Program-made: the position numbers and the translations under genes
IMG/VR virus record: IMGVR_UViG_3300034685_000067
Location: 3,973 to 67,972 of that record
Reading direction: 5' to 3' (one strand)
Length of the DNA: 64,000 nucleotides
Source of the DNA: a virus
Lineage: Duplodnaviria > Caudoviricetes
Part shown: positions 20,621 through 30,318 of the stretch, piece after piece
Layout of the letters: each line of letters opens with the position of its first letter
Position numbering within the stretch: the first letter of the stretch is position 1
The notes under the pieces: generated by a model
What the model saw: only the letters and a program-made list of their open reading frames with translations
Database searches by the model: none
Told to the model about the DNA's origin: nothing

Positions 20621-23600
20621 ATGCCCAATGAAGAGGAAATCAAACTTAATTTAACTGGGTCTATAAGAGATGTAGCTAATTTACAGACAAATGCATCTCA
20701 GAGACCTAGACAACAAAATCAAGCATCTGTAATTTCCAATCTTCCAACTATTTCAAATGGTTATGCTAATAGTGATCAACAATTTGCTAAATTAATGGAT
20801 GCATTAGCTGTAATGACTAATAGAATTGAAAGTGCGCATAGAAAAACGCACTCTTTATTGGAAAAATTACAGGTATCATTGGTTGTAAGATTAGAATCAT
20901 TATATAAAGAGATGCATACTTTAAATACAACAATTAATTCTGTTTTCAAATATCAAATAGACTTACAAAAACAACTGGATAGTAATTTTACTAAGATAAC
21001 ATTTAGATTAAGTGGATTTTTGGGTGTTTTTGGAGAAAACTTTAGAAAAAATATTCTAAGAATGCAAGAGCTTATCTCTTCTAAAACAGCAGCAGAGGCT
21101 GCTGAAATGGCATTGGTTAGGTTACTGGGTAACATTAAATTTCTTAGAGGTTTTATTGGCTATGAAGCTATTGAATTTAAGGGTAGAATGAAACCAATGC
21201 CCCTTACTTTTGAGTTATACAAAACCATAATGATGACACCTTATTATTTTGATACATTATTCATGAATATAAAAACATTAACTATAGCTAATAATAAGAT
21301 TAAACAAGCATATGAAAAAATTGTTTTAAGTAAAATGGATATTATCACCAGACATTTAGCAGATATGAAGAATGTACTTTTAACTATACTCACATATAGA
21401 CCAGTATCCACAGATAATATGCGTGATGTTTTAAAAGATGTATTAAAACCATATTCAACAACAACAGAAGAATTAAGGAAACAGCTTAATCTTAAAAAGT
21501 TAGAAAGATATGCTGAACAACAAGTAACTGGATTAAAAGATCTTAAAGTTACATTTACAAAGAAGATAGAAGATGTCTTAAAGAGTACCATGAAAGTAGG
21601 TACTGCTCTATTTCAAATAGCTAGATATCTTTTATCACCAAGATCTCTTTTTGGTAAATTATTTTATGGATATCTAACTTATAAAGCTATGGCTTATGTA
21701 TTAGGACCTATTTTTGCAAACCTATTTAAACACAATGAATTTGTGGCTGCTATAGTTAAGACTATGTCTACAGCTACCAGAATTGGTCTAAATATGGTTG
21801 GAATTAGAATACCACAAAATCAATCTATTGGAGATTATTTTAAAGAGAAAATGCTATCTGCATTAGATATTTTCTGGCATAGATTTGCCCTTCCATCTAT
21901 TACTAAAGTAGTATCTGTTGTATTAGCAGTATATGGAATGAAGAACATTCTTACACAAGGTATTTTTGGTGGAGGGTTATGGGGATCTCAAGCATTTTTG
22001 AAAGGATTATCTAAATCTCAACGTGCTATATTAGCTTCAATGGAAAAAACTGGTGCAGCTTATGCTAAAAATATTAATGCACCTGCTATTGTAATGTCTC
22101 TTACTAGTGGATTGTTAAGAACAGTTGGTGGTATATTACAATCTACAGGTATCTTTGGTGTCAAAGAAGTAGGAAATGTATTGTTTGGTTTTGGCAGAGG
22201 TGTATCAAGAGCAAGTAGATTAAGAAGAAGAGGAGCAATCCCACCAAAAGTTCAACAGACTGTACAGACTATGCAGTCTGATATAGTAAACAATACTATT
22301 CAAAATATTTTAGATCAAACTCAGAAAGTAATAACATTACCTGAAAATACGCAACCTAGTAATAAATTCAAATCTAAAATACTTTCTTCTATGCAGAGTA
22401 TAACTGATGTCTTATTAGCAGGTATCAGTAAAACTTTTTCAGGAATGAAAACCATTGGTCGTGGTATAGGTACTGCTGGTGGTGTGATAGGAACAGCAGG
22501 CAAAACAGTATTTGGTATAATTGGTAAAATATTACCATTTGCAAAAGGGGCTTTAATGACATTAGGCCCAATTGGCATTGGTATAGCAATGACTTTGCCT
22601 TTATTTATAGAAGGTATATCTTTCTTTCAAAATATATTATTACCAAATGTGTTTGGTGGAAAAAACAATGTGCCATCTTCTCTAAGGGGCATTGTATCTG
22701 GATTAATGGTGAAATTAGTTACTGGAACAATTAGTACTGTTATCAATTTTATAAAAAATATTCCCAAATTTGTGCTTATTACAGCTAAAATAGGTGGGGA
22801 GATTTTAGGTGGCATAAAAGATGCTATAATTGAAATCTTTAAATGGGGCTGGAATGCCATTAAGAGGACGTTTACTGGCCAGTCTGTTGCAGAAGCAGCT
22901 CCTATACAGACTGCAGCTAGCGAAATGGCTGCTGTTCAGGAACAGCAAGAAGAGCAAACAAATTTCTATCAAAGTATGATTGATCAGGCAGAAGAGCAAG
23001 GTAAACGTATGGCTATGATTGCAGAATACTTTAAAGGTGGAGCATTCAAAACTGATATTATGGAACTTGCTCAATCTATGGGAAAGGCAGTCAGATCAGC
23101 ATTTGATGCTTTAGTTGGTATATTTGACTTTGCTAAAGGTCAATTTGGTGGATTTATAACATCTATGGGATCTACCTTGGGTGCATTTCTATCTGGTTTA
23201 ATGGGTACAGATAAAGCTGCAGGATTTTTATCAGATATCACTCAAATAGCAAGAGAAAAGGGATATGGTACATTAGCTGGAATATTGGGCAGAACACGAG
23301 AATCTGTTTTGGATTTAGCAAATAGATCTGCTCAAACCCAAGTTAGTGCTGCTAATACTTTTAGTGAATCAGTAGGTGTTTTTAAAGAGTCTGTTGATAC
23401 ATTAGCATATACGATAAACTATCGAGGATTAGCTTCTATTGGTGCACCAAATGTAATCAATGAACCAAGAATCGTTAAGAGAAATGTAGAACAAATAAAT
23501 ACTATTAAATCATTAGCCACTATTGGTGTTGCAGAAACAACTGGAGCACCTGAAATATCAAAAGCAGCAACTATTGAAAAAGAGAAACTAAAAGCAGATA

Positions 23601-24352
23601 TTACACGTCAGCAATTATTAAAATTATATTTTGGCAGTCAAAAAATTACCAGCAAATATGGTGAAATACGTGTAAATTCAAAGGGTGAGATCAGTCAGCA
23701 CCAAGGTGTAGATATTGGTGTAAAACATGGTACATCAATATATACTCCATTAGCAGGTAAAGTTTCTAAAGCTGGATGGATAAATGGTTATGGTAATACT
23801 GTTATAATAGATCATCCTCAAGAAAATGTAAGAACATTGTATGGACATTTATCAAAAATATTAGTTAAATCAGGGCAGGTAGTATATCCTGGTTATAAAA
23901 TAGCCTTATCAGGTTCTACAGGAAGATCAACTGGTCCTCATCTGCATTTTGAAGTTAGAAAATTAGGTTCATCTGATACCATAAACCCAATGCCTTTTAT
24001 AGATTCTATTTTAACAAAATATCTTCCTGATGTAAATTTGGCTGATGCTCAACTAAAAGAAAGAGCAGTCACTCTAAATTTAGTCAAACCAGTTAAAGCA
24101 CAAGTAGATACCATGCAATCATTACAAACTAAAGAAGTAACAACACAGGTATCTACTGTTGGACTTGGGACATCTCAAGCACAACAAAATAACAAACAAC
24201 AGCCTGCTGGAAACAATATAGTTATAGTTAATAGCCCAACTACGAATTCTTCTAATGTTACTTCAAATAATAATCAAACAAAAGATGATGATCATAATAC
24301 AGCATTTGCTTGGGTTACAGCTCCAATATTTTCACATGAATTAGGATTATAA
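20621..24352 (+). CDS. Tape-measure-like tail protein with a C-terminal M23 (LytM) peptidase
   Basis: Long helical G/A-rich body with hydrophobic stretches; M23 motifs HQGVD, GYGN.VIIDH, YGHL and STGPHLHFEVR. Confidence 0.85.
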   Translation: MPNEEEIKLNLTGSIRDVANLQTNASQRPRQQNQASVISNLPTISNGYANSDQQFAKLMDALAVMTNRIESAHRKTHSLLEKLQVSLVVRLESLYKEMHTLNTTINSVFKYQIDLQKQLDSNFTKITFRLSGFLGVFGENFRKNILRMQELISSKTAAEAAEMALVRLLGNIKFLRGFIGYEAIEFKGRMKPMPLTFELYKTIMMTPYYFDTLFMNIKTLTIANNKIKQAYEKIVLSKMDIITRHLADMKNVLLTILTYRPVSTDNMRDVLKDVLKPYSTTTEELRKQLNLKKLERYAEQQVTGLKDLKVTFTKKIEDVLKSTMKVGTALFQIARYLLSPRSLFGKLFYGYLTYKAMAYVLGPIFANLFKHNEFVAAIVKTMSTATRIGLNMVGIRIPQNQSIGDYFKEKMLSALDIFWHRFALPSITKVVSVVLAVYGMKNILTQGIFGGGLWGSQAFLKGLSKSQRAILASMEKTGAAYAKNINAPAIVMSLTSGLLRTVGGILQSTGIFGVKEVGNVLFGFGRGVSRASRLRRRGAIPPKVQQTVQTMQSDIVNNTIQNILDQTQKVITLPENTQPSNKFKSKILSSMQSITDVLLAGISKTFSGMKTIGRGIGTAGGVIGTAGKTVFGIIGKILPFAKGALMTLGPIGIGIAMTLPLFIEGISFFQNILLPNVFGGKNNVPSSLRGIVSGLMVKLVTGTISTVINFIKNIPKFVLITAKIGGEILGGIKDAIIEIFKWGWNAIKRTFTGQSVAEAAPIQTAASEMAAVQEQQEEQTNFYQSMIDQAEEQGKRMAMIAEYFKGGAFKTDIMELAQSMGKAVRSAFDALVGIFDFAKGQFGGFITSMGSTLGAFLSGLMGTDKAAGFLSDITQIAREKGYGTLAGILGRTRESVLDLANRSAQTQVSAANTFSESVGVFKESVDTLAYTINYRGLASIGAPNVINEPRIVKRNVEQINTIKSLATIGVAETTGAPEISKAATIEKEKLKADITRQQLLKLYFGSQKITSKYGEIRVNSKGEISQHQGVDIGVKHGTSIYTPLAGKVSKAGWINGYGNTVIIDHPQENVRTLYGHLSKILVKSGQVVYPGYKIALSGSTGRSTGPHLHFEVRKLGSSDTINPMPFIDSILTKYLPDVNLADAQLKERAVTLNLVKPVKAQVDTMQSLQTKEVTTQVSTVGLGTSQAQQNNKQQPAGNNIVIVNSPTTNSSNVTSNNNQTKDDDHNTAFAWVTAPIFSHELGL

Positions 24353-24370
24353 AAGAGAGGTGATACTTAA

Positions 24371-26341
24371 TTGGCTACTGTAAACTCTTCAAAATCATCA
24401 TCACCTGCTAAAAGTTCAAAGGATATTACATTTCCTAAAGTAGATAGAATAATGGGTTTACCACCAATTGGTGCAGAAACAGATGGAGAATATTTTGATA
24501 CAAGATCATTTCTTGAAGTTACTTTCCCAATACTTCATATTATAGCATCAGCATGTGAATGGGAAAATATAACAAAACCCATGAACGTTAAGAAGTTAAG
24601 TCAGGAATATCAATTTGCTGTTATACCTGATACATCTATCTCATATTCTCATACCAATAATTATTATGCATCTAATATAGAACAAGATTTAGCTAACTTA
24701 ATTAGACTTAATACAGCTGGAGAAATAAGACAACTTGCCTTAGTATCAAAAGGTCCAACTGGTCAAGCATTCTCTGGTGTAGGTGTTGCTTATTTGGATG
24801 AACTTATAAGACAAATGACAGATGTATTACAAACATATGGTACAAGAATTGGTGGTAATGCTGCACAATTATATACAGCATTGGGTGCTGATGTATCACG
24901 TACTTTTCTTGGTGGTGGAAGAATAGATATCCCAAATATATGGGAAGATTCTAGCACAACTATGTCATGGACATTTACTATCGATCTAAGGACATTTGCT
25001 ACAGATCCAAATAGTGAGATGTATTTTAGAGATATAATACAACCATTAGAAGTATTATTAAAATTATCTTTACCTGTAGGTGGATATAATATATCTTATT
25101 TGGAACCACCTTATATTTCAGCCAGATTAGGTAATATTATGGATGTTAAACTTGGTGGTATTTCTAGTTTATCTTGGTCTGCACCACTTAATGAGTTTAA
25201 TTTTAATGAAGTACCTAGGCATATTGAAGTATCTATTACTATTCAAGATTTATATAATGTAATGGTTCAATCTGGATCAGAGAATCCTGACTTCCCATCT
25301 GCTGAAAAGTTTATAACTAATATGTCTAGAAACTATAAAAATAGAATGCAAGGAAAGGCATTTACTAAAGTATTCAGTAAAGAATATGATATTAAAATGG
25401 GTTCTGTTGCTGAAGAAGCAAGTGATGTATCTTCAGCAATGAAACAACCAAACTATAGCAGTATTTCACAGCCAGCTATTCCTTCTGCTCAAGTTAAGGA
25501 CTTTAATATGAAAAAGTTGTTTAATAATCCAATTTTAACAAATGTAACAACAAAGTTTGATAGACTACGAAAATCTATTTCTATTAAGTCTGAATATACT
25601 AATACTATCTTTAAACTAGATAATGTGAAAAATGTAACTGGCAATATGATAACATATGATTTTGTGAATGGAAATCCATTGAATTTCAATATGAATAATA
25701 TCAGTAAATTTACTGTATCTGGAAATAATATGCTAAACAATTTATTATTCTCTGGTTTAGAGGGAAATATGTTATCTATGATTCAAGATGTATTCAATCC
25801 TTCTTCTATGCTTCATTTTACTAATAATCTTTTTTCACAAGTACCAAATACAACATTAAATGAACTGGCAATTATTCAAGCTATATTGACCAGAGAATTG
25901 GGTGGATTTATAAATGAAAGTGGATCTAATATTGGAACTCTGATATCAGTATTATCTAATATTACAAGAGGAATGAGTTATAAACTACCATCTATAATAA
26001 ATAATGAGACAATAACACCAGAATCGATAGTAGCATCTTCATTGAAAAGAATTAAAGAAAATGATATAATATTGGATAATCAAATCAAATATTCTATTGA
26101 TGCTCAAAGGTATCTACAACATGCTGCTGAAGAATTTGCTAAAAGATTTGGCAATAATCCCAACGTAACTAATGAAATAAGAACCATTGCTATGGGTAAA
26201 GATTTGGGAAGCTTTGTTGATGCGATGTCAAATGTATTTGATACTGTATCAGTTATTACTTCATCTTCTATTTTAAATGAGATTCTGAAGCCTCAATTAA
26301 ATGGTATTGATAATGATATTACAATAGTGATGGAGGCATAA
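24371..26341 (+). CDS. Baseplate/tail-tube initiator-like structural protein
   Basis: N-half has IWEDS...WTFTIDL...PPYI...ISSLSW...PRHIEVSITIQDL, typical of tube-fold baseplate proteins; follows the tape-measure-like gene. Confidence 0.55.
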   Translation: MATVNSSKSSSPAKSSKDITFPKVDRIMGLPPIGAETDGEYFDTRSFLEVTFPILHIIASACEWENITKPMNVKKLSQEYQFAVIPDTSISYSHTNNYYASNIEQDLANLIRLNTAGEIRQLALVSKGPTGQAFSGVGVAYLDELIRQMTDVLQTYGTRIGGNAAQLYTALGADVSRTFLGGGRIDIPNIWEDSSTTMSWTFTIDLRTFATDPNSEMYFRDIIQPLEVLLKLSLPVGGYNISYLEPPYISARLGNIMDVKLGGISSLSWSAPLNEFNFNEVPRHIEVSITIQDLYNVMVQSGSENPDFPSAEKFITNMSRNYKNRMQGKAFTKVFSKEYDIKMGSVAEEASDVSSAMKQPNYSSISQPAIPSAQVKDFNMKKLFNNPILTNVTTKFDRLRKSISIKSEYTNTIFKLDNVKNVTGNMITYDFVNGNPLNFNMNNISKFTVSGNNMLNNLLFSGLEGNMLSMIQDVFNPSSMLHFTNNLFSQVPNTTLNELAIIQAILTRELGGFINESGSNIGTLISVLSNITRGMSYKLPSIINNETITPESIVASSLKRIKENDIILDNQIKYSIDAQRYLQHAAEEFAKRFGNNPNVTNEIRTIAMGKDLGSFVDAMSNVFDTVSVITSSSILNEILKPQLNGIDNDITIVMEA

Positions 26342-26348
26342 AATAATC

Positions 26349-27392
26349 ATGTCCAATAAAAAGATAGTAATCATAACAGGTCCAGCTGCTTCTGGTAAAA
26401 CAACTTTAGTTAATGAACTTGCCAAAAAAGGATATTATACAGTTGAAGAAATGGCTATAAAGGTCATAAGACAATGGCAGCATGAAAAGAGAACACTCCC
26501 ATGGGAAGATCCTGATAATGAAAGTTTATTTGAAGAATTTGAAAAAGAATTATTACGTGCTGAAATTCAACAAAAACAATCTATTCCAGATGATGTTGAT
26601 TTGATAATAATGGATAGATCATTAGAAGATATATTAGCTTATTATTATAATAAAACTAAACATATTGATTTAGATGGATGGGTTCCTACTTATAAATTGA
26701 TGAATGTTGACAAAGAAGATATAGCAGTATTAATATTGTTACCAGTTGCCATAGATGAAGAATATATGACAGCTGAACAACAATGGTCTATTTATTATGA
26801 TATAATTAAAATATATAAACTAATTGGATATAAAATATATGAAGAATTAAAGGTTACAGATGTTCAAACCAGATTAGAATATGTTGATGAAATAATTAAA
26901 TCATTACGAGCATCAGATACAAATATCATTGAAAATTATATTAGACATTTATATATGAATACCTTGAGAGAAGATCAAGAAGCATATCCATTTACTACAA
27001 GATTTACAATACATGACCATTATGCCACTCATCATCATTTTGATTTAAGAATTAAAAAAGGAGATAAGGCACCTTCTTGGGCTCTTCCAAAAGCACACAT
27101 TCCTTCTAAAGATGGAGAAAGAATCCTTGCTGTAAGAACACCAGATCATGATCTCAAATGGATGTCTTTTAAAGGTGAAATACCTGAAGGGGAATATGGT
27201 GCAGGAACTGTAGATATCTATGATAAAGGTAAATGTATAATATATAAATGGGGTAGTACTATAGTAGTTGAATTCTTTGGTAATAAAGTTAAGGGATTTT
27301 ATTCATTGGTTAAAACAGATGATAAAAATTATCTATTTATCAGAATGAATCAAGAAGCAGCTGAAGAAAAATATAAGAAAGATAGCGAATAA
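26349..27392 (+). CDS. P-loop kinase (AAA_28-like) fused to a LigD-type 3'-phosphoesterase domain
   Basis: ITGPAASGKTT and MDRS in the N-domain; HYATHHHFDLR, SWALPK, LAVRTPDH and GEYGAGTV..YDKG in the C-domain. Confidence 0.85.
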   Translation: MSNKKIVIITGPAASGKTTLVNELAKKGYYTVEEMAIKVIRQWQHEKRTLPWEDPDNESLFEEFEKELLRAEIQQKQSIPDDVDLIIMDRSLEDILAYYYNKTKHIDLDGWVPTYKLMNVDKEDIAVLILLPVAIDEEYMTAEQQWSIYYDIIKIYKLIGYKIYEELKVTDVQTRLEYVDEIIKSLRASDTNIIENYIRHLYMNTLREDQEAYPFTTRFTIHDHYATHHHFDLRIKKGDKAPSWALPKAHIPSKDGERILAVRTPDHDLKWMSFKGEIPEGEYGAGTVDIYDKGKCIIYKWGSTIVVEFFGNKVKGFYSLVKTDDKNYLFIRMNQEAAEEKYKKDSE

Positions 27393-27412
27393 AGGAGGTT
27401 AATTATTATATT

Positions 27413-30307
27413 ATGTCTACATATACTCCCACAAGCAATTGGTCTGGCATACAGAAAAGAACAATAGATCCAAAAAGTAAACTTGATTCTGATATTCTTA
27501 ATCATTTAACTGTTATTGGTGGTGGAGATAGATATAAAGTATCTGGTCTAGATATGGATATATTATACGACACTGATAACAAAGTATATTTCCATTTAAC
27601 ACCAGGTATTGTAGTTAAAGATTATGTAGTTCTTGAATTCACTGCAGATATGTATATATTAGCAGGTACGTGGCCATTTAATGATGGTGTATATTATTTA
27701 GCAGTTGAATATCAGTACGTTAAGCAATATCCACCTGTTGTAGCAAGAATAGTTTTTATACCTGAAACTCAATTAAATGGATTAGAACATTATGCTTTGT
27801 TTAAAATAACAAAAACAGGAAATGTATTTCCTACTGATCTAGCTTATGAACAATTAGCATTTTCTGATGAAGAATTAGCACAACCTGTATTTGTAGAACG
27901 TCTTGCTAAGAAATATGTTATGACTGCTCTTGGTGGAGAAACAATATTAGATATATCTTTATATTTTGATGAGTATGTAAAAGAATATGCATTATATAGA
28001 AATGGTCTTTTACAATTAGAAGGATATGATTTCATTTTAGATCCAGCCACTAAAACCATCACTATGACTGAGCCATTGGATGCTGGAGATATAATGATCT
28101 TTTTATCTAAGATGTGGGGTTTTGCCAATAGTGAACTTGAAGAATTTGGTACGTATACTATATATGACTTAGATAATGGTGCTCTTGATTCTAGATATTA
28201 TACTAGACCACAGATTGATAACTTTTTTGAAGGTACATCTACTAATGGTAAAAAACAAGTAGATTGGGATAATGTATTAAATAAACCACAATTATTTCTT
28301 GATTTGACAAACGTTGCATTAAAATCAGAATCAGTAAATCAGTTTGTTGATTTAAATAGTGATGGACATCAAATAGATATGGCTGTAAGCAAAATGCATG
28401 ATCAAAATACTGATACTGGTACTAATAACAATTCATTTTATATTGGTACTAATGGTGTACTATTAAAAAATACATCAGGATCGTTAGAATTAAAGTCATA
28501 TGATGATTCCAATTATATTGATTTAACTGTCAACAATTTAACTGTTAAGGGAACACAGACTATTATAAATTCTGAAGTGGTATCCATTGCTGACAACATT
28601 TTAGTATTAAATAGTAACTATAGTGGAAGTACACCAACTGAAAATGCTGGTATAGAAGTCAACAGAGGATCAGTTACACAATCATCTTTGATATGGAATG
28701 AAACTATAGATAAATGGCAAGCTGGATTATTTGGTGATGAAAAAACTATAGTATTGCAAGGTAATACTATAACTTTAATTGGAGATGTAGTTGGTGGTGC
28801 GTCTTTTGATGCATCTGGAAATATGTCAATAACAACTACTGTTGTGGATGCTTCTCATAATCATACTATAGATAATATAAATGGTTTACAGGCTATTTTG
28901 GATTCAAAAATGGATACATCTACATTTGGAGCATCTACCATTTTAAATCTATTATTGACAGTAGATGGTTCAGATTCTGGATTAGATGCTGATTTATTGG
29001 ATGGATATCATGCGAGTTTAATTAATATAGCTAATACAATTCCTGTTAGAGATACTTCAGGTTCCATTAATGCTAATGCTTCTTCTGCTAGTAAACTTAA
29101 TACAGCACGAGAAATAAGATTATCTGGTGATGTATCTGGTGCAGTTAACTTCGATGGTAGTAGTAATGTCAATATAACTGTTACTGTTGCTGATAATTCT
29201 CATAATCACACTATAGATAATATAACTAACTTACAATCTATTCTTGACAGCAAACTGGATTCTGCTGATTTTACTCCTCAGGAATTATTGGATAGGATTA
29301 AGACTGTAGATGGTTCAGATTCTGGATTAGATGCTGATTTATTGGATGGATATGAGGGTTCTTTTTATAGAGATGCTTCCAATATAAATGCAGGTATACT
29401 ATCCCCCAGTAGGCTGAGTGGAACATATGATATAAATATTTCTGGCACTGCATCAAGTGCTAATATGCTTACAAATTCTAGAACAATAGAATTAAATGGA
29501 GATGTAACTGGATCTGTGCAATTTGATGGTAGTTCTAATGTAACTATTATAACTGAAGTATTAGATAACAGTCATAATCATACTATGGATAATATAACTG
29601 GACTTGCTGAACAACTTGACCTTAAACTGGATGCTTCTCAGTTTACAGCTTTGCAATTATTAATGATGATATCAACTGTAGATGGTTCAGATTCTGGATT
29701 AGATGCTGATTTATTGGATGGTAGAGACAGTTCATTTTATACAGATGCAAGTCATTTAGATACTGGTATAATAAGTCCTCCAAGGTTATCAGGCACATAT
29801 AATATTGATATAACAGGATCTGCTGCATATTTAGAAACACCTAGAAATATAACATTATCTGGTGATGTAACAGGATCAGCACAATTTGATGGGTCTGCAG
29901 ATGCATCTATAGCTACTAATGTTAGTATCGATAATATTTTAACAAAACTAAAAACAGTAGATGGTACTGGGTCTGGATTAGATGCTGATTTGTTAGATGG
30001 CTTCGATAGCACTGCTTTTGTTAAAGTTGTAGATTTTCATCCATATACATTAACATATTCAACAACAGCTAATGTTAATGCTGGTAGTTATTGGGAATAT
30101 GATACTTGGCTGACATTTGGTACTGATACAGATGCACGCAGTAGAATAGTTGATGTTAAGATTTTAGATAGTGTATCTGGAAGTGTCACTCAAAATATGT
30201 GGATTAATAGTGAAGCAGTTGCAACTGTAGCTATAAGAGATAATAGATATGTGAGAGTTATAAACAACCATACATCAACTATATCTTTTTATATAACTAT
30301 TAAATAA
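27413..30307 (+). CDS. Long tail fibre protein
   Basis: Four DGxxSGLDADLLDG repeats, L.GDV.G...FDGS repeats and SHNHT (HxH) motifs. Confidence 0.85.
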   Translation: MSTYTPTSNWSGIQKRTIDPKSKLDSDILNHLTVIGGGDRYKVSGLDMDILYDTDNKVYFHLTPGIVVKDYVVLEFTADMYILAGTWPFNDGVYYLAVEYQYVKQYPPVVARIVFIPETQLNGLEHYALFKITKTGNVFPTDLAYEQLAFSDEELAQPVFVERLAKKYVMTALGGETILDISLYFDEYVKEYALYRNGLLQLEGYDFILDPATKTITMTEPLDAGDIMIFLSKMWGFANSELEEFGTYTIYDLDNGALDSRYYTRPQIDNFFEGTSTNGKKQVDWDNVLNKPQLFLDLTNVALKSESVNQFVDLNSDGHQIDMAVSKMHDQNTDTGTNNNSFYIGTNGVLLKNTSGSLELKSYDDSNYIDLTVNNLTVKGTQTIINSEVVSIADNILVLNSNYSGSTPTENAGIEVNRGSVTQSSLIWNETIDKWQAGLFGDEKTIVLQGNTITLIGDVVGGASFDASGNMSITTTVVDASHNHTIDNINGLQAILDSKMDTSTFGASTILNLLLTVDGSDSGLDADLLDGYHASLINIANTIPVRDTSGSINANASSASKLNTAREIRLSGDVSGAVNFDGSSNVNITVTVADNSHNHTIDNITNLQSILDSKLDSADFTPQELLDRIKTVDGSDSGLDADLLDGYEGSFYRDASNINAGILSPSRLSGTYDINISGTASSANMLTNSRTIELNGDVTGSVQFDGSSNVTIITEVLDNSHNHTMDNITGLAEQLDLKLDASQFTALQLLMMISTVDGSDSGLDADLLDGRDSSFYTDASHLDTGIISPPRLSGTYNIDITGSAAYLETPRNITLSGDVTGSAQFDGSADASIATNVSIDNILTKLKTVDGTGSGLDADLLDGFDSTAFVKVVDFHPYTLTYSTTANVNAGSYWEYDTWLTFGTDTDARSRIVDVKILDSVSGSVTQNMWINSEAVATVAIRDNRYVRVINNHTSTISFYITIK
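28961..29721 (+). repeat. Three identical 44-bp intragenic repeats, with variants at ~29957 and ~37321
   Basis: GTAGATGGTTCAGATTCTGGATTAGATGCTGATTTATTGGATGG at 28961, 29306 and 29678. Confidence 0.92.
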
Positions 30308-30318
30308 AGTAGGAATTA

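Noticed and set aside
28961-29721. CRISPR array
   Set aside because: The repeats are in-frame coding segments separated by about 300-330 bp; no cas genes are present.
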